A stretch of 64,000 bases of DNA from contig CAVPHD010000009.1 of assembly GCA_963704165.1 (NCBI GenBank), forward strand, positions 192,001-256,000, read 5' to 3'. Below are positions 9,124 through 18,850 of this stretch, piece after piece. Position 1 is the first letter of the stretch, and each line of letters begins with the position of its first letter. The notes under the pieces were generated by a model that saw only the letters and a list, made by a program, of their open reading frames with translations, made no database searches and was not told the DNA's origin. A program made the translations under genes and the position numbers. The DNA comes from an uncultured delta proteobacterium (lineage in GTDB: Bacteria > Myxococcota_A > UBA9160 > SZUA-336).

Positions 9124-9519
9124 ATGGCACTCAGGGTCAAGGGAATCCAGCACCTCAATCTGCGCGTCGAGGATCTGAAACGCGCGCGCGATTTCTACGT
9201 CGACGCGCTCGGCTTCCGTTTCGCGTTCGCGAAGGGGACGACGCTCTGGATCGAGGCTGGCGGAGATCTGATCGGGCTCACGCAAGGCGACTCCCAGGCC
9301 GCAGCCGGGCATCCGGCGCAGCACTTCGGCTTTCGAGTGGACGCGCCGGGCGACGTCGACGCGTGGCTCGAGCAGTTGCGCGCGCACGGCGTCGTTCCCG
9401 AGAAGGGACCCTACGATCGCTCCGACGGCCGCTCGTTCTACTTCCGCGACCCCGACGGCCACCTGCTCGAGATCTTCTACGTGGATCCGTCGTTCCTTCC
9501 GGAGCCGTCTCGCGCCTGA
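9124..9519 (+). CDS. VOC/glyoxalase family protein
   Basis: HLNLRVEDL..ARDFY...LGF, HFGF, SFYFRDPDGHLLEI. Confidence 0.93.
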   Translation: MALRVKGIQHLNLRVEDLKRARDFYVDALGFRFAFAKGTTLWIEAGGDLIGLTQGDSQAAAGHPAQHFGFRVDAPGDVDAWLEQLRAHGVVPEKGPYDRSDGRSFYFRDPDGHLLEIFYVDPSFLPEPSRA

Positions 9520-9792
9520 GACGTCCCGTTCCCGGGACACGCATCGGCAGGCGCACGTGGCGCGGCGCGCATCGCACCCGCCCCGCGCGCGGAGATCGCC
9601 GGGAAGCTGCCCGTCCGTGCGACGGCAGCAAGCGCATTCGCGCGCGCAGCTCGTCGGCAGCTCCGCGCAACTCGGTCCCGTCGCTGGGACCGGCCTGCCG
9701 GCGGCAATCCGCTCGCAGCATCCACGCAGCTCGAGAGCTTCTCCCGCGCGAAACGTCGGAGGTCCGCGAGCCCGGCGCGCGATCGCGGCGCC

Positions 9793-9808
9793 GGGCACGA
9801 GCCTTGAA
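9793..9808 (+). promoter_or_regulatory. Putative sigma54 -24/-12 promoter
   Basis: GGGCACGAGCCTTGAA (GG-N10-GA variant) 13 nt before ATG 9822, downstream of about 300 bp of non-coding DNA. Confidence 0.5.
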
Positions 9809-9821
9809 CTGAACACCGTCC

Positions 9822-10985
9822 ATGTCCGTCCCCTGCGAGCCCGCCGAGAAACCGGGGGTGCTCTTCGTCGATGACGAAGTCAACATCCTGAAGGCCATCG
9901 TACGGCTCTTTCGCAAGGAGCCGGTGCGCGTCTACACGGCGAGCTCTGCGGCGCAGGCGCTCGCGATTCTCGAGTCCGAGTCGATCCAGGTCGTCGTCTC
10001 CGACCAACGCATGCCCGGCACCCCCGGCGTGAAACTGCTCGCGCTGGTGCGCGAACGCTTCCCGGAGATCGTGCGCATCATGCTGACCGGGTACACCGAG
10101 ATCGACGTCGCGATCGAGGCGATCAACCAGGGCCAGATCTACCGGCTGATGACCAAGCCTTGGAGCGATCACGAGCTGCGCACCACCGTGCGCCAGGCGC
10201 TCGACGATTGGTCGATGCGCGAAGAGATCCGGCGCCTGAATCACATCGCGCAGCTTCAGAACGCGAAGCTCCAGGAGCTGAACCGCTCGCTCGAGCAGAA
10301 GGTCGACGAGCGCACGCGTGAGCTTCACCTGAAGAACATCGAGCTGCGCAAGGCGTACCTCTCGACGGTGCGCGCGCTCTCGGAGGCCGTCGACGCAAAG
10401 GACCCGTACACGCGCGGTCACTCCGAGCGCGTCGGTGTCTACGCCTCGCGGATCGCGCGAGAGCTCGCCTGCGAGCCGCCGTTCATCGAGCGGATCTACC
10501 TCGCTGGATTGCTCCACGACATCGGCAAGATCGGCATTCCCGACGCCATCATCGGAAAGCCCGACCGGCTCACCCCGGAGGAGTACCTGCAGATGAAGCG
10601 CCACCCCGAGATCGGCGCGAGGATCCTCGAGCCGGTCGATTTCCTCGCCGACATCGTTCCCTGCGTCCGTCATCACCACGAGTGGTACGACGGCTCGTCG
10701 AACGGATACCCGGCGCAGCTGCGCGCGACCGAGATTCCCTACCCGAGCCGGATCATCCTGATCGCCGACACGGTCGAGGCGATGACGTCCGATCGGCCGT
10801 ACCGCAACGCGCTGCCCTTCGACCGCGTGATCGAGGAGATCGCGCGCTTCAGCGGCACGCAGTTCGATCCCGAGGTCGCGGATGCATTCATCCGCATCGC
10901 CGAGCGCGAGGAGGAGTCGTTCATCGAGACCGCGTCGAAGTTCGACATCGAAGCCTTCGTGCGTGGAACCTGGAGTCCCGGATGA
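9822..10985 (+). CDS. Response regulator with HD-GYP c-di-GMP phosphodiesterase domain
   Basis: REC (VDDE, SDQRMP, KPW), coiled coil, TRGHSERV, LLHDIGK, HHHEWYDGSSNGYP, DRPYR. Confidence 0.95.
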   Translation: MSVPCEPAEKPGVLFVDDEVNILKAIVRLFRKEPVRVYTASSAAQALAILESESIQVVVSDQRMPGTPGVKLLALVRERFPEIVRIMLTGYTEIDVAIEAINQGQIYRLMTKPWSDHELRTTVRQALDDWSMREEIRRLNHIAQLQNAKLQELNRSLEQKVDERTRELHLKNIELRKAYLSTVRALSEAVDAKDPYTRGHSERVGVYASRIARELACEPPFIERIYLAGLLHDIGKIGIPDAIIGKPDRLTPEEYLQMKRHPEIGARILEPVDFLADIVPCVRHHHEWYDGSSNGYPAQLRATEIPYPSRIILIADTVEAMTSDRPYRNALPFDRVIEEIARFSGTQFDPEVADAFIRIAEREEESFIETASKFDIEAFVRGTWSPG

Positions 10986-11962
10986 GCCCCATCGACGACG
11001 ACGACGCGGGTGGCGTCGAGGTCCCGCTCGAGCTTCGCGGTGCGTTCGAGAACCCCTTCGAGCTCGCGCGCCTGCGCCGCAACGCCTTCGAGGGCGTGGG
11101 CCGTCCCTACGCCAGCGGAATCCTGTACGGCATCGGTCTCTCGCGCGGGCTGCTCGACGGTCTGCGGATCGCACGCCGATTCGGGGCCACGCTCGGCGGC
11201 GCGCCGCACCACGCCGGCCCCGGATTGCCGATGGTCTTCCAGCCGGGCCGCACGCGAGCGGATCGTGGCTTCGGCGGTGAGCTCGCGGATTCGGTCGAGG
11301 CCGCGATCCACCTGCGCGAGTTCGGTGCCGACGACGAGCCGGTCTGCCACGTGAGCGCGGGCTATGCCTCGGGCTGGTACTCGGCGCTGCTCGGCGAGTT
11401 CCAGCTCGTGCGCGAGGTCGGCTGCAGTGCGCACGGGGCGAGGACGTGCACGTTCGAGGCTCGCCCGGTGACGGCCTGGCTCGATGCGCGCGTCCCGTGG
11501 GCGATCGAACGACTCGCGTACCTCGACTACGATGCGATGCGGAAGACCGCGCTCGAACGGCTCGCGCAGGATCCCGACGAGGCCGAGGGTTCGATGATGG
11601 GAGCCTTCGACCCGCTCTCGCCCGCGGTCCATGTCTGGGGGCCGGTGATGATCCTGCCCTACTCCGGCAGCGCGGATTCTCTCGAAGCGGTCGGCACCAT
11701 TCTCGGCGATCTCGGGCCGACCGCACTCCGCGTGGCCGTGATCGACTTGACGGGCGCGCGCATCGACCCGCTCGAAGCGAGCGGCCTCCTGCGCCTGCTC
11801 GAAGTTCTCGAGGCGCACAAGATCGAGAGCATCGTCGTCGGGCCACCGTGGCTCGCCAATCCGTCCTGGCTGCCGCCTCGTGCGACGCTCTCACTCCCGC
11901 TGCGCGCCGCGGACATCTCCGAAGGCATCAGCCTCGCGTTCCAGCTCGCGCGATTCGTCTGA
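10982..11962 (+). CDS. XylR_N/V4R sensor fused to a degenerate STAS (RsbR-like) domain
   Basis: SVEAAIHL, PVCHVSAGYASGW, REVGCSAHGARTCTFE (V4R zinc ligands); C-terminal SPAVHVWGPVMILPYSG, VAVIDLTG, ESIVVG (STAS-like); ATGA overlap with upstream gene. Confidence 0.75.
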   Translation: MSPIDDDDAGGVEVPLELRGAFENPFELARLRRNAFEGVGRPYASGILYGIGLSRGLLDGLRIARRFGATLGGAPHHAGPGLPMVFQPGRTRADRGFGGELADSVEAAIHLREFGADDEPVCHVSAGYASGWYSALLGEFQLVREVGCSAHGARTCTFEARPVTAWLDARVPWAIERLAYLDYDAMRKTALERLAQDPDEAEGSMMGAFDPLSPAVHVWGPVMILPYSGSADSLEAVGTILGDLGPTALRVAVIDLTGARIDPLEASGLLRLLEVLEAHKIESIVVGPPWLANPSWLPPRATLSLPLRAADISEGISLAFQLARFV

Positions 11963-11968
11963 GCGGCA

Positions 11969-12965
11969 TCAACCGAACTGCCGGATCTTCACGCCCGCTT
12001 CCCGAAACAGCTCGATCGAGACCTCACCGAGCCGGAAGTGGTAGTCGTAGACGACCTCTTCGAGCCCGGCGTTGATGATCATCTTGGTGCACGTCAGGCA
12101 TGGACACAGCGTGGTGTAGATCGTGCCGCCTCGGACGGTCACGCCGTGATACGCGGACTGCGTCAGCGCGTTCTCTTCGGCGTGGCTGCACAGGCATTCG
12201 TCGAGCCGCGTGCCCGACTCGGCGGCGCCGGAACAGCGCGGGCAGCCCCCCTCGTTGCAGTTGCGGGTACCCCGGGGCGTGCCGTTGTAGCCGGTCGAGA
12301 TGATCCGCCGGTCGCGCGCGATCACGGCGCCGACCTTGCGTTTGACGCAGTTGCTGCGCGACGAGACGACGCGCGCGATGCTCATGAAGTACTCGTCCCA
12401 GGATGGCCGTTCGCGAAACAGGAGTTTGTCTTGCAGCACCTCCCCGAGCTGCTGCGAAAGCTCCTCGAGCGAGCCGTCGTTGCGAAGCGTCTCGTCGGCG
12501 AGTGCCTTCACCGCGAGCAGCTGCTGTGCGGCGAGCTCGGGGCTCGCCGAGCTCGCGAGCTTCGAGCGCCTCGAAGGCCTCGAAGGTCGCCGCGTCGCCG
12601 CCGCGGGCGCGCTCGCGCGAGCGCTCGAAGCGCACGCGCGGGGAGGCATCGACCCAGATCAGCAGCAGCCCGCCGCTCGCGCGCAGACACTCCACTTCGG
12701 CCGGATGGCGGATCGAGTCGATCACGTGGTTTCGGTCGCCGGGCAGGTGCCGCTGGGCGCGTTCGGCCAGGACCGCCGGACCGTGTCGCTCGCGAAGCAC
12801 GCGGCCACGGTCGATCATGTGCTCTCGGGTCGGCTCGAGGCCCTCGCGCGCGAGATCCTCTCGAATCACGTCCGAGAGCGAGACGGGGTAGAAACCGCGC
12901 CGCTCGAGCAGCCGCACGACCTCGCCCTTGCCCGCCGCATTCGGCCCGGCAACTCCGACCCGCAT
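11969..12965 (-). CDS. P-loop (dephospho-CoA-kinase-like) domain fused to dCMP deaminase; one frameshift near 12557
   Basis: N-terminal GVAGPNAAGKG, DSIRHPAE; C-terminal RPSWDEYFM, SNCVKRKVG, HAEENA, PCLTC; removing one G in GAGCTCGGCGAGCCC joins the two frames. Confidence 0.88.
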
Positions 12966-13027
12966 CCGCTCTCCTCCCCTGCGTCGGCAGGGTACCACGC
13001 GTTTGCTAGCCTCGGCCGCTCTTCGTC

Positions 13028-13975
13028 GTGAAGCACACCAGAACGCTCGTCACCGGTGCGGCCGGCTTCGTCGGGTCATGGCTCGTTCCGGAGCTGCTCG
13101 CCTCGGGGCGCGTGGCGGTCGGCACCGATCTTCCGGGGCAGTCGCCGTGCGACTCCTCGATCGCGTGGCACGCGTGCGACCTGCGCAGCCCCGGGGCCGT
13201 CGCCGATCTCGTCGCCGAGACGGCACCGGACGAGGTCGTGCATCTGGCGGCAATCGCCTCGCCGAGCCAGGTCGAGCGCGAGCCGATCGAGGGGTTGCGC
13301 GCGAACTACCTCGCGCTCGATCACCTGCTGGTCGCCCTTCGCGAGCACGCCCCTCGCGCGCGCCTCCTCTTCGTGTCGACGGGCGAGGTCTACGGACTGG
13401 CCGCGTCGGCCACGGCACCCTGGCGCGAGAGCGATCCGCTGCGGCCGATGACGGCGTACGCCGCGACCAAGGCGGCGGCCGAACGGCGCGTGCTTCTCTC
13501 GTGCGAGTCGGACGGGCTCGACGCACTGATCGCGCGCCCGTTCAACCACACCGGCCCCGGACGACCGCCGATCTACGCCGAGTCGTCGTTCGCCGAGCAG
13601 ATCGCGCGCATCGAGCGAGGCCTTCAGGAGCCCGTGCTTCGCGTCGGCAATCTGGCCGCGGAGCGCGACTTCAGCGACGTGCGCGACGTCGTCCGGGCCT
13701 ACACGACGCTGCTCGAGCGCGGCGATCGCGGCGCCGCCTACAACGTCTGCTCCGGCCGCGCGCGGCGCATCGGAGAGATCCTCGAGCTTCTCGTCGCGTG
13801 CTCGTCGGCGCAACCGCGGATCGAGATCGATCCCGATCGCTGGCGCCCGCTGCCCACGGGCCGTCGCTCGCTCGCGGGTGACGCCAACCGGATGCGCGCC
13901 CTCGGCTGGCGCGCGGCTCACTCGCTCGAGGACACCCTCGACGCGTTGCTCGACGGCTTCCGGGCGTCCCTGTGA
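13028..13975 (+). CDS. NAD-dependent epimerase/dehydratase, GDP-mannose 4,6-dehydratase / GDP-6-deoxy-D-mannose reductase-like
   Basis: LVTGAAGFVG, HLAA, YAATK, RPFNHTGPG, VGNL...RDFSDVRDVVRAY. Confidence 0.88.
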   Translation: MKHTRTLVTGAAGFVGSWLVPELLASGRVAVGTDLPGQSPCDSSIAWHACDLRSPGAVADLVAETAPDEVVHLAAIASPSQVEREPIEGLRANYLALDHLLVALREHAPRARLLFVSTGEVYGLAASATAPWRESDPLRPMTAYAATKAAAERRVLLSCESDGLDALIARPFNHTGPGRPPIYAESSFAEQIARIERGLQEPVLRVGNLAAERDFSDVRDVVRAYTTLLERGDRGAAYNVCSGRARRIGEILELLVACSSAQPRIEIDPDRWRPLPTGRRSLAGDANRMRALGWRAAHSLEDTLDALLDGFRASL

Positions 13976-14808
13976 AGCAAGAGACGCGCGCACCAGGTCT
14001 CGCCCGACTGAACTTCGGTCAGCTCGCGCACGCAGCGCCAGTCGGAATTCGAGAGCGCAGCGCCGAGTCGCGAGCGCTCGCTCTCGAGCTGACCGGAGAG
14101 CACGAGCGCGCGCCGCGAGCGCAGCTCGAGCGCCGGCAGACACGGCAGGAGCTCGTGCAGGAGCAGATTCGCGACGACGACGTCGAAGCGGGCGTTCGCC
14201 GCGAGCGCGTCGAGCCCTCCGCAGTACAGCGACAGAGGCAGCCGGTTGTGCACGCGATTCTCGGCCGCGTTCTCGATCGCGATCGGATCGGTGTCGAAGC
14301 CGAGCGCGCGCGTGGCGCCCATCCGCAACGCGGCGAGCGCGAGAATGCCGCTGCCGGTGCCGACGTCGAGAACCGAGTCCCCCGGCGAGAGCGAAGCGAG
14401 CAGGAGCTCGAGCGCGAGACGCGTCGAGGCGTGCTCGCCCGAGCCGAAGGCCTGCTGCGGGTCGATCACGAGCTCCGGCTCACCCGCGCTCGCACAGAAG
14501 CTCGGCCGGATCCAGAGACCCGCGACGCGTCTCGGCGCGAGCCCGCTACGCCACTCGCGCTCCCAGTCGGAGTCGGGAACGGGCTCGGGACCCGACACCG
14601 AAATGCGACGATCCGGATCCGCGAGGGCCAGCACGTCGGCGCCGGCCGCGTCCGCCCCCGACTCGAAGTAGGCCAGCAGCCCGACCTCGCGCTCCTCGAC
14701 GCCGAGGGTGCCGAGCGTTGACAGCTCGGCGATCAGCTCGTCGATCCGGTCGGCCGGCGCCTCGATCCGGAAGACGACGAATCCGCTCCGCCCTGCTCGT
14801 GGTCGCAT
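13918..14808 (-). CDS. prmA: Ribosomal protein L11 methyltransferase
   Basis: DWEREW, IDPQQAFGSGEHAST, VLDVGTGSGIL, VVANL, LVLSG; SD before ATG 14808. Confidence 0.88.
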   Translation of the reverse strand: MRPRAGRSGFVVFRIEAPADRIDELIAELSTLGTLGVEEREVGLLAYFESGADAAGADVLALADPDRRISVSGPEPVPDSDWEREWRSGLAPRRVAGLWIRPSFCASAGEPELVIDPQQAFGSGEHASTRLALELLLASLSPGDSVLDVGTGSGILALAALRMGATRALGFDTDPIAIENAAENRVHNRLPLSLYCGGLDALAANARFDVVVANLLLHELLPCLPALELRSRRALVLSGQLESERSRLGAALSNSDWRCVRELTEVQSGETWCARLLLHRDARKPSSNASRVSSSE

Positions 14809-15809
14809 TCCTCTTCGCCTCTCCTGCCCGGTCGAACGCCGAATCGAGCTTCGCGTATCTCGCGCGTCTGGGCGCGGGGCAGGCGCGACTCCTGCTCTCG
14901 CGCGAGCGCGCCACCCCGGAGCTCGTCGCCTCGCTCGACCCCGCCGAACAGAAGGCCTGGGCGACCCTGCGCCGCGCCCTCGAGTTCGGAGAGTCGCTCG
15001 GACTCGCGCGCACGACAAGCTACCGCGATCTCGTCGGCGGCCGCGAAAGCGGGCTCGTGCACGTCGTGACGGCCGCGCCGGCGAACCGGGTCGAGGCGAT
15101 CACCTGGTGGTTTCCGATCACCGGTCGCGTCTCGTATCGCGGCTACTTCCAGAAGGAGCGCGCGGTAGATTTCGCGGCCGATTTGGAGCGCGAAGGCTAC
15201 GACACCTACGTTCGGCCGGCCCCGCTGTACAGCACGCTCGGTTGGTTCGACGATCCGGTCCCGCGCGCCGTTCTCTCGTGGCCGGAGTCCGACCTGATCG
15301 ACACGTTCCTGCACGAGCTCGTCCACCAGACGACCTTCGTCGCGGGCGACATCGCCTACAACGAGGCGCTCGCGACCTTCATCGCGCACCGCGCGACGCT
15401 GGCCTTCCTGGTGGACGATCCCGAAACGCGCCAGCGCGTCGAGGCCAGCTTCGCGGACGAGCTCGAGTTCGCGAACCTGCTCGAAGGGCTGCGTTCCGAG
15501 CTCGAGCGCGTCTACGCCAGCGTCGACGACCCGGACCGGGCGCGCGCACTCCGCGCCCCGGTCTTCGCGCGCTTCCAGACGGAGGTCTACCCGTCGATGA
15601 CCTGGCGCTCGAAGCGGTATGCGCGCTTTCCCGAGCTCGCGCTCTCGAATGCCTGGCTCGCCGCGCACCGCGCCTACGTCGGTCTGCTGCCCTGCTTCGC
15701 TGAGGAGCTCGCCGGGCTCGGCGGGGATCTCGCGACGTTCGTGCGCGCGCACCGGGACGAGCCCGGCCGCCGCTCCGCAAACTGCGGCACCGCGGAAGGG
15801 TTGGAGTGA
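14799..15809 (+). CDS. Putative zinc aminopeptidase (secreted, HExxH); start uncertain
   Basis: WWFPITGRVSYRGYF, YSTLGWFDDP, FLHELVHQ, YNEALATF, LSNAWL. Confidence 0.85.
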   Translation: MVAFLFASPARSNAESSFAYLARLGAGQARLLLSRERATPELVASLDPAEQKAWATLRRALEFGESLGLARTTSYRDLVGGRESGLVHVVTAAPANRVEAITWWFPITGRVSYRGYFQKERAVDFAADLEREGYDTYVRPAPLYSTLGWFDDPVPRAVLSWPESDLIDTFLHELVHQTTFVAGDIAYNEALATFIAHRATLAFLVDDPETRQRVEASFADELEFANLLEGLRSELERVYASVDDPDRARALRAPVFARFQTEVYPSMTWRSKRYARFPELALSNAWLAAHRAYVGLLPCFAEELAGLGGDLATFVRAHRDEPGRRSANCGTAEGLE

Positions 15810-16375
15810 TGCGTCCCGGAGCGCGCCCCTTCGTCTTCCTGGACCGCGACGGCACCCTGATCGAGGAGCGGGAGTACGCCTGGCGACCCGAGGACTACGC
15901 GGCACTTCCCGGCGCGCACGAGGCGGTGACGAGACTTCGCGAGGCGGGCTTCGGTGTCCTCGTCGTGACCAACCAGTCGGGGATCGCGCGCGGGATCTTC
16001 AGCGCGGCCGATCACGACCGTTTCGCCGCACGGCTCCTGCGCGACTTCGAGGCGAATGACGCGAAGCTCGACGGCTACTACGCCTGCCCGCACGCGCCCG
16101 ACGACGGCTGCATCTGTCGCAAGCCCGGCACCGGACTCGCGCTTCGCGCCATGCGAGAGCACGAGATCGACCTGTCGCGAAGCTGGGTGATCGGGGACAA
16201 GGACAGCGACATCGGGTTCGCGCGCAACCTCGGCTGTCGCGCGGTGCTGGTCCTCACCGGACACGGCGCCTCGCACGTGGAGCGGGTGCCGTCGGGAACA
16301 CCGATCGCTCGCGACCTGCCCGACGCGCTGTCGCGATTCGTGCTGGCGAACGCACCCGCTCAGTCCGAGAGATAG
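15806..16375 (+). CDS. gmhB: D-glycero-D-manno-heptose 1,7-bisphosphate phosphatase
   Basis: FLDRDGT, VTNQSGI, CPH...C.CRKP, IGDK. Confidence 0.92.
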   Translation: MMRPGARPFVFLDRDGTLIEEREYAWRPEDYAALPGAHEAVTRLREAGFGVLVVTNQSGIARGIFSAADHDRFAARLLRDFEANDAKLDGYYACPHAPDDGCICRKPGTGLALRAMREHEIDLSRSWVIGDKDSDIGFARNLGCRAVLVLTGHGASHVERVPSGTPIARDLPDALSRFVLANAPAQSER

Positions 16376-16500
16376 CGCCAGAGGATCAGTCCCGCCGCGA
16401 TCACCATCAGCAGGTTCAAGAGGCGATTGATGCGTCGCCAGTGCGCCGCCCGCTGCGCGCGCCACTCCGCGAGCTCCATCCCGTCCGGTCGCTTCGCCAT
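16360..16500 (-). CDS. 46-aa small membrane protein, hypothetical (not in ORF track)
   Basis: TAGACT 6 nt before ATG; MAKRPDGMELAEWRAQRAAHWRRINRLLNLLMVIAAGLILWRYLSD with a C-terminal hydrophobic helix. Confidence 0.6.
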   Translation of the reverse strand: MAKRPDGMELAEWRAQRAAHWRRINRLLNLLMVIAAGLILWRYLSD

Positions 16501-16516
16501 CGCACGAGTCTACCAG

Positions 16517-18805
16517 TCAATCTCGAAAGGGTCGGGTGAGCCAGGGCACGACCAGGGGCCCGGGCTCGCCGAGCACCACCTCGACCGCACCGTCGGCGCG
16601 CGTCTGCCAGAGCGAGATCGATCGCGCGCGGACCCGCTCGCGAACGCGCGCGTGCGGAAGCGGCGTTCGCGCGCGGCGACCGGCCGACGCGATCGCGATC
16701 TCGGGCGCGAGCGCGTCGAGGAAGAACGGATCACTCGACGTCGCGCTGCCGTGGTGGCCGAGCTTGAGCACGCGGCAGGGAGAAGCCGTGCGCGCGAGCA
16801 CGCGTTCGACGCCCGCGGGGGCATCGCCGGAGAGCAGCGCGCAGACCTGCGAAGTTTCGACGCGCAGGACGAGCGAGCTCGCGTTGCTGTTCCGCGACAG
16901 GAGCTCGGCGGGAGGCCAGAGCGCGCTCATCGTCAGGTACGGCGCCGCGAATCGCTCGCCGGCGGAGACGATCCGCACGGGCACCGAGCGCCGGGAAGCG
17001 ACCCGACGAAGCCGACGAAGCGCGCGCGTCTCGAGCGACTCGCGCGTCGTCCAGAGCTCCTTCACGGGCAGGGCCGCGAGCACGGCTTCGGCTCCGCCGA
17101 CGTGATCGAGGTCCGCGTGGGTCAGCACGATCGCGTCGAGCCTGCGAATGCCTTCCGCCCGAAGCGCGGGGAGCACGATCGCGCGGCCGGCGTCGAAGTC
17201 GGCGAAGCGCGTGCCCGTGTCGATCAGCCAGGCCTGCGACCCGGCGCGAAGCAGGATCGCGTCGCCATGACCGACGTCGAGAAAGAGCAGGCTCGGCTTC
17301 GCGACCTCGCGGTTCTCGGCACGAAGGGCGCCCGGCGACGCGAACGACGCGACGGCGAAGAGCGCGATTGCGATCGCACGCCGGCCGAGCGCGAGTGCAC
17401 GCAGGCCGAACCCCAGAACCGCGAGCAGAAGCGCGAGCGCGACCGGATCACGCGGGCCGGCCAACAGGTCGGGACTCGCGCAGAGCTCGAGCAGACGGAG
17501 GCCGAGCTCGGCCGAGCCGCGCGCGATCGTGAGCAACCCCTCCGCCGAGCCACCGAAGAGACCGGCCGCGAGCGCAAGCGGGACGACCCCCGCGGAGAAG
17601 TACGGGACGGCCAGGGCGTTGGCGACGAGCCATGCGGCGGGGAGCGGCGCACCCATCGCGGCGGCGAGCGGTGCGGTCGCGAGACCGGCCGCGAGCGAGA
17701 CGTGAACCGAACCGCGAAGCCAGCCCGTCGGCGGACGCCAGAGCAGAAGGCCCGTCACCGCCGTGAAGGAGAGCTGGAACGAGGGCTCGAAGAGCGCGGC
17801 TGGATCGAGCGCGAGCACGCACAGTGCGGCGAGCGCCAGCGCATTCCACGCCGCTGAACGCCGACCGCCGACGCACGCGACCCCGGCCGCGAAGGCCATC
17901 GCCGCGGCGCGCAGCGTCGGTGGCCCGAGGCCGCAGAGCGCCGCATAGCCGAGGCCAGCCGTGACTCCGGCCACGAGTCCGATCGCGCCCGCGCCACGCA
18001 GCACCGGGAGCCAGCGGAACCGGCGCAGGCCGAACGCGACGCCCGCCGAAACGAGCCAGACGACGAAGACCACGTGCGCACCCGAGACCGAGAGCAGGTG
18101 CGTGGTGCCCGAGGCCGCGAAGACCGCGCGCAGCGGATCGTCGAGCCGGCTCGTGTCGGCGGTGGCGAGGGCGCGGAGAAGCGCACCGCTGCGCGGGCCC
18201 TGCACGTGCTTCGGGTCGAGTCGCTCGCCGACCGCGCGCCGCGCGCGCTCGAGGCCCGCCTCGACCCCGCGCGGCGTGGGCGCGATGCGCGTCAGCGCCC
18301 GGTCGTCGACACGCGCGATGCGGTGCACGCCCCGGCGCGCGAGCCGGCGTCGGACGTCCGAACCCCCGGGATTGGTCGCGGGTCGCACGCGCTCGAGCTC
18401 CACGCGCGCGAGCGCGCGTTCGCCGGGAACGAGCTCGCACGCCTCACCCGCCCCGCGAAGCTGCGCCCGCCCCGGACGCGGACCGTGAACGTACACCGAC
18501 AAGCGACAGCCCGTCGCGCTGCGCTGCGGCGCCTCGAGCGCGGTCAGGGCGACGGGCGTGCGCACGACCTCGGGGACCGGCGCGTGCAGCCGCAGTCCGA
18601 GGGCGAGCAGGCCCAGACCGATCCCGAGAAGCACCTCCCCCGCGGGGGCGCCTCGACGACGCCTGCGCAGTCCCCAGGCGACGAGACCGACGAGCGCCAG
18701 CGACGCTCCGAACACGGGCACGAGCTCGAGCCGATCTTCGAGCGCGATGCCGAATGCGAACGGGAGCGCGAGCGAGAGGAGCGGCGCGCGCGCGGGAAGC
18801 TCCAC
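16517..18805 (-). CDS. comEC: DNA internalization competence protein ComEC/Rec2
   Basis: ATNPG, HLLSVSGAH, SFQLSF, FLDVGHGDA, THADLDHVGG, GHHGSATS. Confidence 0.95.
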   Translation of the reverse strand: MELPARAPLLSLALPFAFGIALEDRLELVPVFGASLALVGLVAWGLRRRRRGAPAGEVLLGIGLGLLALGLRLHAPVPEVVRTPVALTALEAPQRSATGCRLSVYVHGPRPGRAQLRGAGEACELVPGERALARVELERVRPATNPGGSDVRRRLARRGVHRIARVDDRALTRIAPTPRGVEAGLERARRAVGERLDPKHVQGPRSGALLRALATADTSRLDDPLRAVFAASGTTHLLSVSGAHVVFVVWLVSAGVAFGLRRFRWLPVLRGAGAIGLVAGVTAGLGYAALCGLGPPTLRAAAMAFAAGVACVGGRRSAAWNALALAALCVLALDPAALFEPSFQLSFTAVTGLLLWRPPTGWLRGSVHVSLAAGLATAPLAAAMGAPLPAAWLVANALAVPYFSAGVVPLALAAGLFGGSAEGLLTIARGSAELGLRLLELCASPDLLAGPRDPVALALLLAVLGFGLRALALGRRAIAIALFAVASFASPGALRAENREVAKPSLLFLDVGHGDAILLRAGSQAWLIDTGTRFADFDAGRAIVLPALRAEGIRRLDAIVLTHADLDHVGGAEAVLAALPVKELWTTRESLETRALRRLRRVASRRSVPVRIVSAGERFAAPYLTMSALWPPAELLSRNSNASSLVLRVETSQVCALLSGDAPAGVERVLARTASPCRVLKLGHHGSATSSDPFFLDALAPEIAIASAGRRARTPLPHARVRERVRARSISLWQTRADGAVEVVLGEPGPLVVPWLTRPFRD

Positions 18806-18850
18806 GGCGAGGACCTCGCCGGGACCGGGGCTTCGGGGTGTCGGACCGAG

